A stretch of DNA of 64,000 nt from Ruditapes philippinarum (lineage: Eukaryota), in contig NW_026866144.1 in assembly GCF_026571515.1 (NCBI RefSeq), forward strand, positions 1 through 64,000, given 5' to 3'. The notes under the pieces are model-generated. The model was not told where the DNA came from, did no database searches, and worked only from the letters and a program-made list of their open reading frames with translations. Below are positions 1 through 12,261 of the stretch, piece by piece. Position numbers and translations under genes: made by a program. The first letter of the stretch is position 1. Every line of letters begins with the position of its first letter.

Positions 1-1259
1 GATCATGTAGAGTTGAAGACCTCTTTCCATTTTTTCACTTATACGCAAATTAAAAATCATAAACACTAAATTTTTATGGAAATAAACATGATTATACCAT
101 ATTAAGCTATAAAAAAAGTTCTCTTATACAAAGTTTAACGGCAAAACTTCAGAGCAAAACTAAAATAACGGTAGAACATATTATATGAATGTGCGTGAAT
201 GAAGCTATTAAGTAAGTACACGTGTCTGATAGGTATTAATCATTCAAAAAAAACACAACAGAATACAAAAATAAATACAAAAAGGTGTTATCGGAAAATT
301 GCAAGTCGACAGTTAAAAGATGACTGTTGACAATAAGAAAAATAACCATATGTTTGTATCTAAAACGTATTATGTTGTAAAGCTTTAAAGTAGATAAGTC
401 TACAACGGGGACATTTATCCATAAATACCCCAGATATTGATAAAAACAATGAAAATGTATCATTTGGATAGTTTTATATATTATTGCTTCAACAAAAAAT
501 GTTAATAAATATCTGGAAAAAGTAATAAATAAATAATAAAGTTAAAAGTAAGTTAGTATTAACAAAATTAAAGAGTTCTCTTAGAATTTTTTATGTTTAA
601 TAGTTATTTAATCAAATTCTGTAATTTCTACTTAACACGTAACATTTTAAACCGACATACATTTATGCATGAAGATAAAATACTAATCAAAATAAAATGT
701 GAAATATTTGAAGAACATAAAAGTCTACAGCATTCAGAATTCATTATTTTTGGCAAAACTTTTTAAATATCTGTCCCAGGAAAGGACATTGTCTGTGAGC
801 ATGAAATACATTGTGCTCACTTTTCACACAATTAAGACAAAACAAACAAAAATAACGTCTAGAAATACCCAAAATACTTATATCTAAATATATAAAACGT
901 ATTTTAATATCTATAACTTTATAATAACATTTACGTATCCACTTTTTAAATCAATCTAATTTTAATTTTTCTAAACCGTCTGTTACAAAAATGCAAAAAA
1001 ATATTTCTTTTTACATTATCACAAAGTATTTTTTATAACTTTTTAAATATATTTACTGCAAAACCAAAATAATATACATGTAACAAGCATTTCAACAATT
1101 CATATAAATAACATCTTATTACAAAGTGGGCATAATAAACTTTCATTTATATGCACTTCCCGCAATTCTCGTTTCAGTATATATTTCATAAGTTATCAAC
1201 AATAAAATCAACACTCATGAATCGTCAATATTGTAAACATTTCTGATTTGATATAATTG

Positions 1260-4200
1260 TTAATCGTATTCACGTGGCTTGGAATCTATTTGGTCTATGG
1301 AGCGTGCATAATTTTTGACGTCATGACATGGACCCATAAATACGTCATCAATGGCGACGGTGGCTTCAAGTTGAGGACGTCCTTTCTCTGCTATGAATAA
1401 AGCTCGATACTAAAATAAGAAGTGAGAAAGATATATACAAATTACTATATACAAGTTGTATATTCAAGCTATATATACAAGCGACATTGTTTAGCAATTG
1501 TAGTATGTGAACGGATAGGCCGATGTTAAATTAAACAACTGAGCTCCCATGTTCAGGTCATAATATTCACTGCCTCTGAAAGTGTGTACGGCTTGTCACT
1601 GACCACTGTTGTTTTAAATCTTGTTGCAGAGAATGAATGAAAGAGCCTTCAAATTATTCTTAATCCAATCAAAATTTTAAGTGTTTGTCTTTTTCTATTG
1701 TCTTCCAGTCGCAAAATAATTCATCTGTAGATATTTTGTATACGTGTGTATCTCTCCATATACTAGCAGTTACTATGACATGCCAATATAGTTAATGTAG
1801 AACTAAATCCAGAAAATACGTGGAAAGTTATATTTTATTTTACTCATGAGTTACAAAAATGGTATTGCCTGGGGCGAGGAAGGGAAGTTGCGATGCCTTC
1901 ATCTATATAATAACATTTCTTTATTTCTACACTAGTTGTAGAATAGGTCAATAGCAGCGACACTCCTGCTTGAAAAAAATGTGAAATTAACCAACGATTA
2001 CAGTGTAACTTACAGAGTATCGATATGCTGGTGTGAATTGGATTGTCGCCCTTGCCCATTTATTTTGTACTGTCGAGGCTGAGTTAGACCACACTTCTCT
2101 CCCTTGTATTAACACACGCAACGTCGAGTTTTTGTATTTACCATACATGTTGTAGTAAAACCTGATTTTCAAATAAAACTTGGAATTATATTATACAAAA
2201 AAAAAAGAACGAAATTAGAATAGTACAATGCGACATGAAATTGTGAATTATTGCTACGGAAAATGAAATATACATAAAGTAAAGTAACAACTTTTGTATC
2301 AAATTGTGTTGGAATTGTACTACTGTTAGTGCATTAGATTGTGGAGTTGCGGAAAAAGTTAACAAGTTTGGAAGCAAAATATCCTTAATTCATTTATCAC
2401 TAATTTTCTGCCATAGAAAAAAGGAAGATCTAGATATTTATACCATTAGGTACTAAGTACAATATGTTTTATAATGATCAAGGTTGAAAGGAACAAGGTT
2501 TAACTGCATGGCTTGCAAACAACAGGTGTCAAATGCCGTGTGGCAGCCGCAAAAAGTTGCCCCGTACTTCACTTCAGTGTTGTTATATTTGTCTGGTCCT
2601 TTGGAATCATTGATTCCATGGCATTAAGTTCTGAAGATTGAGTACCGCTCAAGCCGGTGCTTGGGGGTCTGGAGGGATGTTGTACTTTTTTCATTCTTCC
2701 ACTTTTACAAACTTAATCAAACGGACTCAAGGGATGGCTTTTTCACGATATTTGCAATAATGAATGTGTTTGTGTTAAACTTTTGTATACTCAAAGTATT
2801 AGGGAGAAAAGGATGTAGATATTCTTATCCACTTTCAGAGCTCATATCAGCATTACATTTTAATTATGCAAAAAAATAGAACTTTAAAAATGTTTATATA
2901 GAAATATTTATATCATATCTTATTTTAAACAATATATATTACATCAAACAACCCGATGCATTGTATTGTAAAGGCGGTGTCAATAGATAAGCTCTATTCA
3001 GTTCGCCCACCTCTGATCCTATATACAAATATCTCCCTGCAAATAGAAAGAATAATATGCTAGTTCTAAGTGTATTTCAGGTTGATTGTTAAAGAAAGAA
3101 TTTCCGTCAGATTATATCAATACATTTCTAGACCCCTACACTTGGCCTCATTCAAGTGTTTTACCTTATTAAATTAAAATACATTTATATTAGTTAAAAA
3201 CAAGCAGCAAATACATACTTCTTGTAACATAGAAGAAGATACGCTTAAACTCTTTTAGTTATCGAACTTAAAGCATATTGATGTTAGCTCGAGTATGAAA
3301 CAAGTTTTTGTAAAACTTATATCAATATTTTTAAGTCCCGTTCCTGCAACTTGACAGTACTGTTGACACGTGAGTTCACTTGGTCGTGACCCGAGTACGG
3401 TTCGAGCGGTTTAGAATCAGATTTCTTGCATATCAGACTGGCGTTTCCGTTAGTTTTACCCATGCCGGAAATTTCATCTGGCATGGGGGGTTCCAGATGA
3501 GTCGCGTGCTGTACAATGGCACGATAAAGATGACGTCATTTTACCGTTATGAATGATTTTGTAATTCATACGCTGTTGTAAGAAAGTAGTTACGGTTGTA
3601 ATGATATAAATTTTCATTGAAAATAAAGAAAAAGAATTTAAAATATATTGGCATATAGTAGAATATGCAAGAAAAAATATCTGACATATGTTTGCGGTTC
3701 GGATCGGAATATCCGTCCCTCGGTCACCCGCCCATGGGCGGTAACTCGGCAAGCCTCGTTACCGCCCAATGGGCGGGTCACCTCGGGACGGATATTCCGA
3801 TCCGAACCGCAAAATATGACAGATATTATTATTCTTGCATATCAGACTGGCGTTTCCGTTAGTTTTACCCATGCCGGAAATTTCATCTGGCATGGGGGTT
3901 CCAGATGAGTCGCGTGCTGTACAATGGCACGATAAAGATGACGTCATTTTACCGTTATGAATGATTTTGTAATTCATACGCTGTTGAATGAAAGTAGTTA
4001 CGGTTGTAATGATATAAATTTTCATTGAAAATAAAGATAAAGAATTAAAATATAATGGAATATGGTAGAATATGCAAGAAAAAATATCTGACATATGTTT
4101 GCGGTTCGGATCGGAATATCCGTCCCTCGGTCACCCGCCCATGAGCGGTAACTCGGCAAGCCTCGTTACCGCCCAATGGGCGGGTCACCTCAGGACAGAT

Positions 4201-7200
4201 ATTCCGATCCGAATCGCAAAATATGACAGATATTATTATTCACCTCATCTACTAGACTACTCAACAACTTATATCGATTCCAGGATATTTGCTTTAAGAG
4301 AAGGATAATTTTAAACTATTGCCAATTGTTCCTTTTACGGCACGAACAGAAATGACATGTCAGATTTAGTTCGCTTTAAACGATAATTCGTTATAAGCGA
4401 GTTCGTCATAAGTGGAGTCGACTGTACAATTTCATGTTACAATTAAGAGATAAGTAAAAATAAGTCATGTAAGTCACGTATTTATCTTCTTAAAATAAAA
4501 CCTCACCAGATTTGGTTTGGGTAGTGTGATCTGTTGCAGGGCTTATTTTCGGAAAAGTTGTCTCCGGATGTTTTTGCCAATAAATTTGTATCCAGCTACT
4601 GGATGGTGAGCTCGAGTCTCCATTTAAGCATGCATCTTTCATGTCACAATAGATAAAATCTGCAGAACCTAACATTTAATATAAATAACAATTACTTCAT
4701 AGGTATACATACGCTTAACATTGTAAGTTATAATAAAAAATATAATTAATTTGGGTATAAGTAAACGAATGTAAGCTTAACACTACTGCTGTTAAAGTGA
4801 ATGGGTCTATAATTAAATTGATATTTTTTAGTATCAGACATAACAACATATCACGAAGTGTATTATACATGATCATTTACAAAGCAGATAATGAAGTATT
4901 CTAGAACGAAATTATTATTCACCATGTGAAGTTCATAATAAATCACTAAGGACTTTATTTGCCTTTATTCAAGCAATATTTATAAAAAAAAATCCAAATT
5001 ATAGATTTCTATTGTTTTACCAATATTTGAAAAAAGAAATTACCATTGTAGACCTATGTTACAACCAGTTTTGCAATAAAAACGAGTTTTGCAATAATAA
5101 ACAAGTAATGCAATATCCACATTAAGCGAATGCAGGTCTTGATTACAATTTAGATTGTAAACGAAAGTAAGCTTATTTACCACAACCAAAGTAAACGGAT
5201 GTATCCTTAGCTTACACAACTTTTGGGAAACTAATACTTTTACAAGCTTACATAACATTCCTACTGGTACACGAATGCCAGCTGAGTTAAAGATCATGAA
5301 TGTTGTAATTAATGTTGTTACCGCACTTAAGAGAAATTTTATATATGTTTATAATTATGCTTCTAAAACAATTTTCAAACATCGAAGAATATGTAAAATA
5401 TGTACTGCAAATGTTTGTCAACATTATATGTAATCATTAAAATATATGCATTCATTTCTTATTGAAAAGTTTGACGTAAATGAATTTCTTATTACCCCGC
5501 TTTAATAACATAAACTGTAAATTCGGTAATAATTTACAAATTGTGCTTTTTGGAACTATATTGATAAATCTTCATTTGTACATAATATTTATGATATAAA
5601 ACCATAAAAAATTGTGTTACAGGATCTTTAACACAAGTGCTGGTGTAAACAAATTCGAGCTGATACAACGAATGCAAGCTTAGTTTACACAACTTCTGGT
5701 AAAAGATGGCAGTTTAGACTTTTATATTCATGTTTTATTATTATTATTTAAAGTTTGATATAGTCTATAGCATTGATATGACTATAGACATATACAATAC
5801 AATAATAATCATTTAATAAAGAATGTCTTGCATTTTAAAAGTAATGTACCTACTTATTATGCAGTATGGCTTTGCACCGGACCAAATTCCTCCAGACATG
5901 CACGTACTTTGGTCTCCTCCAATGAGAGTTCTGCCAGATTTACAGGTAAACTTTACAGCCTCGCCGTTATAATATGTGCTTTTCCTTGGACTTACATCCA
6001 CGTACTCGAAGTCCGGTAGTGGACACGTGGATTGTATTGGCATTATATCTATGTGAGACGATCCATCTGTTTTGTACAATAAATGCGGAATACAATTCAC
6101 TCAAATAAACAACAAAAGTTTTTTGTTGTTGCTTTATTCAAATTTTGCAATGATATATTTTCATTTTACTGACAATTAGGATCATCTAGGTCATTTCAAG
6201 GATAGTTTGTTTGGGTAAAACATGGGGAATTCGAACTTTTAACCCCAAAATAACGGTAGGTATTACTGTCTTCTTCTCAGTCAGTTTGGAAGTTTTTACG
6301 TAATACAAGATTATAATACAAATAATTACGACATTCTTAGTTCGAAGACCCAATAAACTCAAAATTCAGTCTATTTAGTTTCAGCATAGTTCTAAATAGC
6401 ATGTCAAATGTTATATTTTTTGTTATACTGTAGTACGATGTATACTCATATCCTATAATTCCTAAATGTTTATCCATTGGCGACATCAAGCAAAGAAGGA
6501 TTAGTCATTTTAAAATATTATATATAAAAATTATAAATTATTATAATAAATTTAAGGCAGTTATGTGGAAATATTACACTACTTACCACTACAATGGTAA
6601 AGCCATTTTATCCTTTTGATATCTAATTCACTCAATGTTTTTCCTTGACCAAGTTTGTTTCTATCAACATAAGAATGGGCAGCGTTTGGAACTATGGTAT
6701 CCCAATACGAAGGCAATTTAGAGAACTGGTTGCGCTTGTAATGTAGTAGTGAGAAATAGTCATATTTCACCGCTGATTCCACTCCAGTTGAGTCGCTTCG
6801 TATCTTAAAGTTAGACTCTTCTCCTAAAAAATATTATATAACATACATAAAATAAACATTTTAGCTTGCTATCGTATTCACACTGAACAATCAAAAGACC
6901 AGACGACAGTTCAATACACCGACAACAATGATACTTCATGTATATATATCTGTACATAAAATATCATGACTGCCAAATGAAAAAAACATTGTGTTGTCGC
7001 AGGGATGGTTAATAGAGTAACCGGATACTATCACCACCTTGAGTGAACTCCTATCTCCCTACCCCAAGTCCCTGCTATAAGATCCTTTCAGCGCTTTGAT
7101 ACCATTCATGCTCACAGTCATACAATTAAATACATAGCACCGAAAATTGCCGGTAACTTGAAATTTGACAAATTTTGATCCATGTAAAGACTGAATCGCA

Positions 7201-10200
7201 AAATGAAGGCAAAAGTGAATAGAAAATGCGATAACATAAGTAGAAACTAAACAATCAGTGACCTTACCGCCACCAAAATTCCCGCCTCTATCTATTTTAT
7301 ATCCAAGTTACAAGAAGAGATACTTAACGGACGTTCTTTTTGTCGCTTATTGCTTCCAATACTTTAATCGGAATACTTTTATTTTTATCGTAGATCAAGG
7401 GACCATATATAAAATGAAAACAATACGTACCGTCTATTATATTGTTATATTTTATATCAACATAGTTATCTCTGTCGGTCCTGCTATGCTCGTGCCAAAA
7501 CCCCAACGCATGTAAAAGCTCGTGTAAAATGATTTGCTCTGTGAAACAACCCGGGCCGAGATTTAAAATTTGTCCGCCGGTCTTACGGCCTACAGAGCTG
7601 TAGCATCTGAAAGTAAAGCAATAAAATGAATAATCTTTAACAGAATCAATCTTGTTGTACATTTCCTTTGCAATAAGAGTAATTAGTATGTTCCTTTTCA
7701 AACTGAAATTTTTACTATACTACTACCAAAAAGTACAAGAAAGGGACACTTTATAACATTTCAAAAGTAGACATTGAGTATAAACACGTATTCATGATGA
7801 AAAATGGTTCAATACGGTTTACCTCCCTTTAACTATTTCTTTCGTTTAGATATGTATTGTGAACTGTTACAGAGCCATGCAAAAATAATTAAAATCTAAG
7901 TAAAGCTCTGTGATTCAAGTCCGACATATCTAGCTACCACCAATTTTATTCACTTTCTTGAATAAGAATTGTTCCATATAAAATAAATGTGTACATGTAT
8001 GTTAAAGTATCAAGATGTATTTATTACTAGTACTGAACATTTTATATTTTAAGCTGTTGGACCTGAATGGAATTACTTTAAAGATTTATTTCTTTTGCTT
8101 AATATTACAAATTTCAGAACCATTCTTGAATAAGCAATGCAATATGTCTGCTACAGAAGTTGTCCAAATTGACATGTAATTCAGTGAATGGAATTCTCCA
8201 ACTTTGTATTATCGGCGCATCGCTAACACCGACTTATTTGGGATATTTCGTAATGTGCGGTCATGCGTGTTTTGAATATGAACATCTTGAAACAGTTTAA
8301 CAAAAATGTAATATTTACGTTAAATCTGTCTGCTTTACACAATATGTAAATAATCGAGTTAACAACAATTTGTAACTAAATGCATACATAGTAAGAACAT
8401 TCAGTACGTCGATAGTATATAGCGTTCCAGGCTATTTTGCAAATATTACTTACCTTATGTTTCAAATTCAAAAGATAACAGTCAAAAGTTAAATATAATT
8501 ATTTTAACATAGAGTTCTTGTTGGTTGTTTACTTTTATAAAAAAAATGCCAATAAATGGCTTGAAATGAGCCGCGTCACGACAAAACCAACATAGTGCAT
8601 TTGCGATCAGCATGGCACCAGACCAGCCTGCGTATCCGCGCAGTCTGATCAGGATCCATGCTGTTCGCTATCAGTTTCTCTACTTGTAATATGGTTGGTA
8701 AGCGAACAGCATGGATCCTGATCAGACTGCGCGAATGCGCAGGCTGGTCTGGATCCATGCTAGTCGCAAACGCACTATGTTGGTTTTGTCGTGACGCGGC
8801 TCAAATATACTTACTCGGAATCTACAGCAGTTATATTTATATAATCATAACTGCTAGATGCTCTGGGAAAGAAGTCTATACAAGAGTTTGTCAGAGTTTC
8901 AATCGTTTGCATAGCATTCACTAAAGATACAACAGCGCTTTTGTTTCTTGCTGAAAATATGTAAAGTTGTATTATTTATCAAAATGTATAATGTGCAATT
9001 ATTGCTTTAATTCAAAAGTCATACATTCGTAAAAGAACAAGATAATTGATAATGATAGCTAGAGATTATTTAGACATTTCTTAGTGTTAATGACAGTGCT
9101 AGAAAATAATCGAAAAATTTCAAACCAAAATCAGGAACTTTTGTACAATTATAATCATTCATTTCTCCTAAGAAGCATGTGAAACAAATTGCTTATACAT
9201 GTAATATACAGTTACTCATTGGCCAATTACATAAACCATCCTTTCCTCTTTTTTCTTGTTGGCAATAAGTGCAGTTGTACAGAGATTTAGTATTGTTTAT
9301 GGAAGTCAAATTACTACTTTGTTTACATATTGCTATTATTATGACATATAATTCACATTCAGTGCTACTTTCTGAATGTGTTAAGTATTTGACATGTTCA
9401 AAAATTATTATTTAAATGCAATTCAACTCGTGTTTTCTCTTTCTTAGAGAGAAAAAAGTAAAATTTGTGGATAAATGTGCCTTTAACAATGTGTGAGGAA
9501 ATAAAACATATGTTGCTTGTTGCTGTTTGTCGATATCTAAAACACATGCACTAACTTAATATTTACAACAGAGATCTTGTCATTAGAAACGGTAAAATGA
9601 ATTCTTACTTATACTTTGGTCCAGAATATATGGGATTTTTCCATTTAACCAAGTATTTGTATTTATTGTGACCGCTGTCATCATCGTTTGAATCAATGGC
9701 TACAAAACAAAACATTTAATAATTCTTGTAAGGTATGTAAGAAATGTGAAAGCAATATGTGATTAATTTAACAAAATTGATAAATACAGAATCCCTAAAG
9801 AAAGCCCAACACGGCAAAATTTAAAATGTTGCAGGCTCGATTTGATTGAGCCTGTTCATGGACGGTACTGGAAAGTGCAAGTTACCGTCCACGCCCCCTA
9901 GCACCGGCTTAAGCAGAATTCAACATTTAAACATGAAATAGTAAAATTTTGAATTTAGAAACATCCGCAGATGTGTTCATACGGCGGTTATCATGGAACC
10001 TTCAATGTGACACTTCCATGCCATTCCATGAAAAGCGGCGTATGGTCCCCAGGTTATAAAAAGCGTGTGCCCAACAAGTTACACATTTCAAATTAATATG
10101 GTCTTTTTCTACAATATAACTTAGAAAAATATTTTTCTTTAAAGTGACATTATGCCCATCCAAGGGTATATAGTGAGTGAACAGATGAATATCAAAATAA

Positions 10201-12215
10201 GTTTTCATTTTGCCATAATTCCTTTTAATTTAATAATTCAGCTCCAATAAACAATAAAAAGTGCACAGATCCAAATAAAATTTCTGTGAATATCTATTAG
10301 AATTTACCTCTAACGCTCAGTTTATAAAAAGAGTGGGGCAGTCTTTTTATATTTTAGGCAGATTTATAATTTTATCCCAAATATTTTCCAATATCAACTG
10401 TTGGTCAAACACCATTTAAACAGTTAATCTTTTGAAATATAAAATCAATTCAGCTTAACTTGAGTATGGAAATATGAGCATAAATTGCATAATGTCACTT
10501 TAAGCATCGGATTTCTATCGTATTGTTCTTCATTAAGTTTTGGAAAACAAGGTTATTTCAATACAAATTCTACTGAAATACATTAAAATCATACAACATT
10601 TCAGATATTGAATTCGTCTTAGACTCGTATATCATTTCGTTATTTTTGTCACTTTCCGTGTTATATAAAAAAAATCAAGCAAGCATGGTGTGTGACCAAG
10701 AGTAATAGAAAATCCTGGCTACATAAACGCTTTTAAAATTTAACAGAAGATAAAAAAAAAGATAAGAAAGTTGATGAATTTTAACGAATGTTTATAAAGG
10801 TTGATGAAAACTTCTTGAAAATTCTCACTTATACGATGTGCAATACAATATGAAGAAATGATAAATTATCAAGTACCTGATTCTCGTGAATATCCCATTC
10901 CACAAGCGTTGGTCTCCCTGGAACGAATACAAATAAACAACATAAAAGGTAATTTCACCAACCTTGTTAGAGTGACTTATTAAAGCAGTTTTTGAATAAA
11001 ACCTATGATCTACTGCAAACTGACACGATTAACTTTGTGTTTTAAAAAACAAAAACATTCACATGTTCACATTCATCAGCGTTACACTTCAGGACCAATT
11101 TAAAATTTCTTTAAAGCAAGCTCATATGTATTATTTTATTATTTTTTTTACTAGCAAGCAATTTTTTGTTAGATTTGGTAACGGGTCTGTGATGCTTTAA
11201 TGTCTTATACAAACATGATTTTTTATTGCTGGCAATTGCTTATTAAAAGTTTAGATATCGTTTAATTGGGATAAAATTAATTATGTCCAAGGCATTGGAA
11301 AAAATCATTACGGACGTGTCAGCTCTGCCTATATATAAATAAGATACATGGTGTCGGATTCCTGGTACAATACGAAATAGAGACCTTTCACAGTATAAAA
11401 CGAGTACTACTAATGCATGCCTACTAAACAGTGGCCTCTTTTACATTTTGGTGATCTGTTCAAATGAGAGTCCTCGGTACTTCCGTTGTTGGCTTTCAGT
11501 GCTTGATAGTAAAACAAAAGCCTTGATAATGAGTTAATAAAGTTAAAAAAAGGCCATAATTCTGTCAAAATATATGTAAGAGTTATGGGTCGTGGGCAGT
11601 CACCTCCAATTATGCTGTCATATAAGTGTGTAAAGTAACTCATTCAGTACCTATTTAGTATACCAACTTGCANNNNNNNNNNNNNNNNNNNNNNNNNNNN
11701 NNNNNNNNNNNNNNNNNNNNNNNNNNNNNNNNNNNNNNNNNNNNNNNNNNNNNNNNNNNNNNNNNNNNNNNNNNNNNNNNNNNNNNNNNNNNNNNNNNNN
11801 NNNNNNNNNNNNNNNNNNNNNNNNNNNNNNNNNNTTTTATGCTAGTGTACGGAAATTGACCAATAATTCATAATGACAAATGTTTAGGATAACTTATAAA
11901 AACAGTCTAAAATATAAAAAAAAGACTGCCCCACTCTTTTTATCACTTAAGCGTTACATGAAATATTCGGAGGAATATTGATATAAAATTAAGTGTGAAA
12001 CATAGATTCTACTTTAATGTTTATTTTATGAAATATAATATAAAATCCAAAAGCACGAAGAGTTACGCATTATATTTATCTTATGGAATATAATATAAAA
12101 TTCAAAAGCACGAAGAGTTACACATTAAAAAACGAGTAAATTTACCACACAGAGTTGTGTAGATTACCAGACATATTGTGAAGTATTTATCAACTTGTGT
12201 TTCAATCAAAAACAT
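1260..12215 (-). CDS. Secreted astacin-family (M12A) zinc metalloprotease with sushi/CCP and MAM domains (astacin-1), ~505 aa, >=11 coding exons
   Basis: Exons read manually with GT-AG boundaries and compatible phases: 12215-12146 (MFLIETQVDKYFTICLVIYTTLC, tentative signal exon), 10917-10877 (LVEWDI), 9699-9609 (WLNGKIPYILD), 8950-8815 (SCIDFFPR), 7606-7431 (HELLHALGFWHEHSRTDRD), 6823-6587 (YDYFSLLHY...LYHC), 6066-5854 (CCP: CPLP...FTCKSGRTLIG...TCMSGGIWSGAKPYC), 4668-4507 (MAM start, PATDHT), 3036-2943 (GRYLYI...LLTPP...GCL), 2161-2014 (FYYNMYG...W), 1409-1260 (VAIDDVFMGPC...stop). The first exon is less certain, and an N gap lies in intron 1. Confidence 0.9.
2521..2760 (+). repeat. Dispersed hairpin-rich repeat family (core AAGCCGGTGCT), copy 1
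   Basis: Aligns by eye with 47297-47520 on the same strand and with the reverse complement of the 9.8, 15.3 and 25.3 kb copies. Confidence 0.75.
3240..4427. mobile_element. Degenerate Tc1/mariner-pogo-type MITE hosting a tandem insertion
   Basis: The right end ...gagttcgtcataagtggagtcgactgTA is a TACAGTCGA-type terminus; the left end near 3240 is decayed. Confidence 0.35.
3423..4240. repeat. Near-perfect tandem duplication, 2 x ~409 bp, each unit ending in a ~160 bp GC-rich hairpin
   Basis: ttcttgcatatcagactggcg occurs at 3423 and 3832. Each unit contains atatctgacata..gcggttcggatcggaatatccgtccc.../...gggacggatattccgatccgaaccgc..tatgacagatat. Confidence 0.9.
8565..8805. mobile_element. ~240 bp palindromic MITE-like element, full copy
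   Basis: tgagccgcgtcacgacaaaacc ... ggttttgtcgtgacgcggctca; ~105 bp arms and ~30 bp loop; several copies in the window. Confidence 0.9.
9790..9992 (-). repeat. Dispersed hairpin-rich repeat family, copy 2 (astacin-1 intron)
   Basis: atccctaaagaaagc...caagttaccgtccac...cctagcaccggcttaagcagaattcaacatttaaaca is shared with 25295-25486. Confidence 0.8.
11673..11834. other. Assembly gap (others at 17786-17928, 32418-32555, 37280-37430)
   Basis: Runs of N. Confidence 0.99.
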
Positions 12216-12261
12216 TTTTAATATTTTTAACTTTTAATGTTAAGCAAAGAAGGACCTGACA

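Noticed and set aside
2620-2700. Hammerhead (CTGAAGA plus stem) or twister (loop ...AAGC) ribozyme in the hairpin repeat
   Set aside because: No GAAA follows the stem and CTGANGA is not kept in the other copies; the twister pseudoknot pairings are not satisfied. Kept only as an unassigned structured repeat.
3474-4308. Several overlapping 65-111 aa ORFs
   Set aside because: They arise from the duplicated GC-rich hairpin repeat inside an intron; no recognisable protein motif.
8576-8924. ORFs MDPDQPAHSRSLIRIHAVR / AWILIRLR (also at 12227 and 54205)
   Set aside because: Translations of the multicopy palindromic MITE.
11410-11502. Possible extra pro-peptide exon of astacin-1 (ALKANNGSTEDSHLNRSPK)
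   Set aside because: The acceptor is plausible, but there is no strong phase-1 donor and the frame closes without it; left unannotated.
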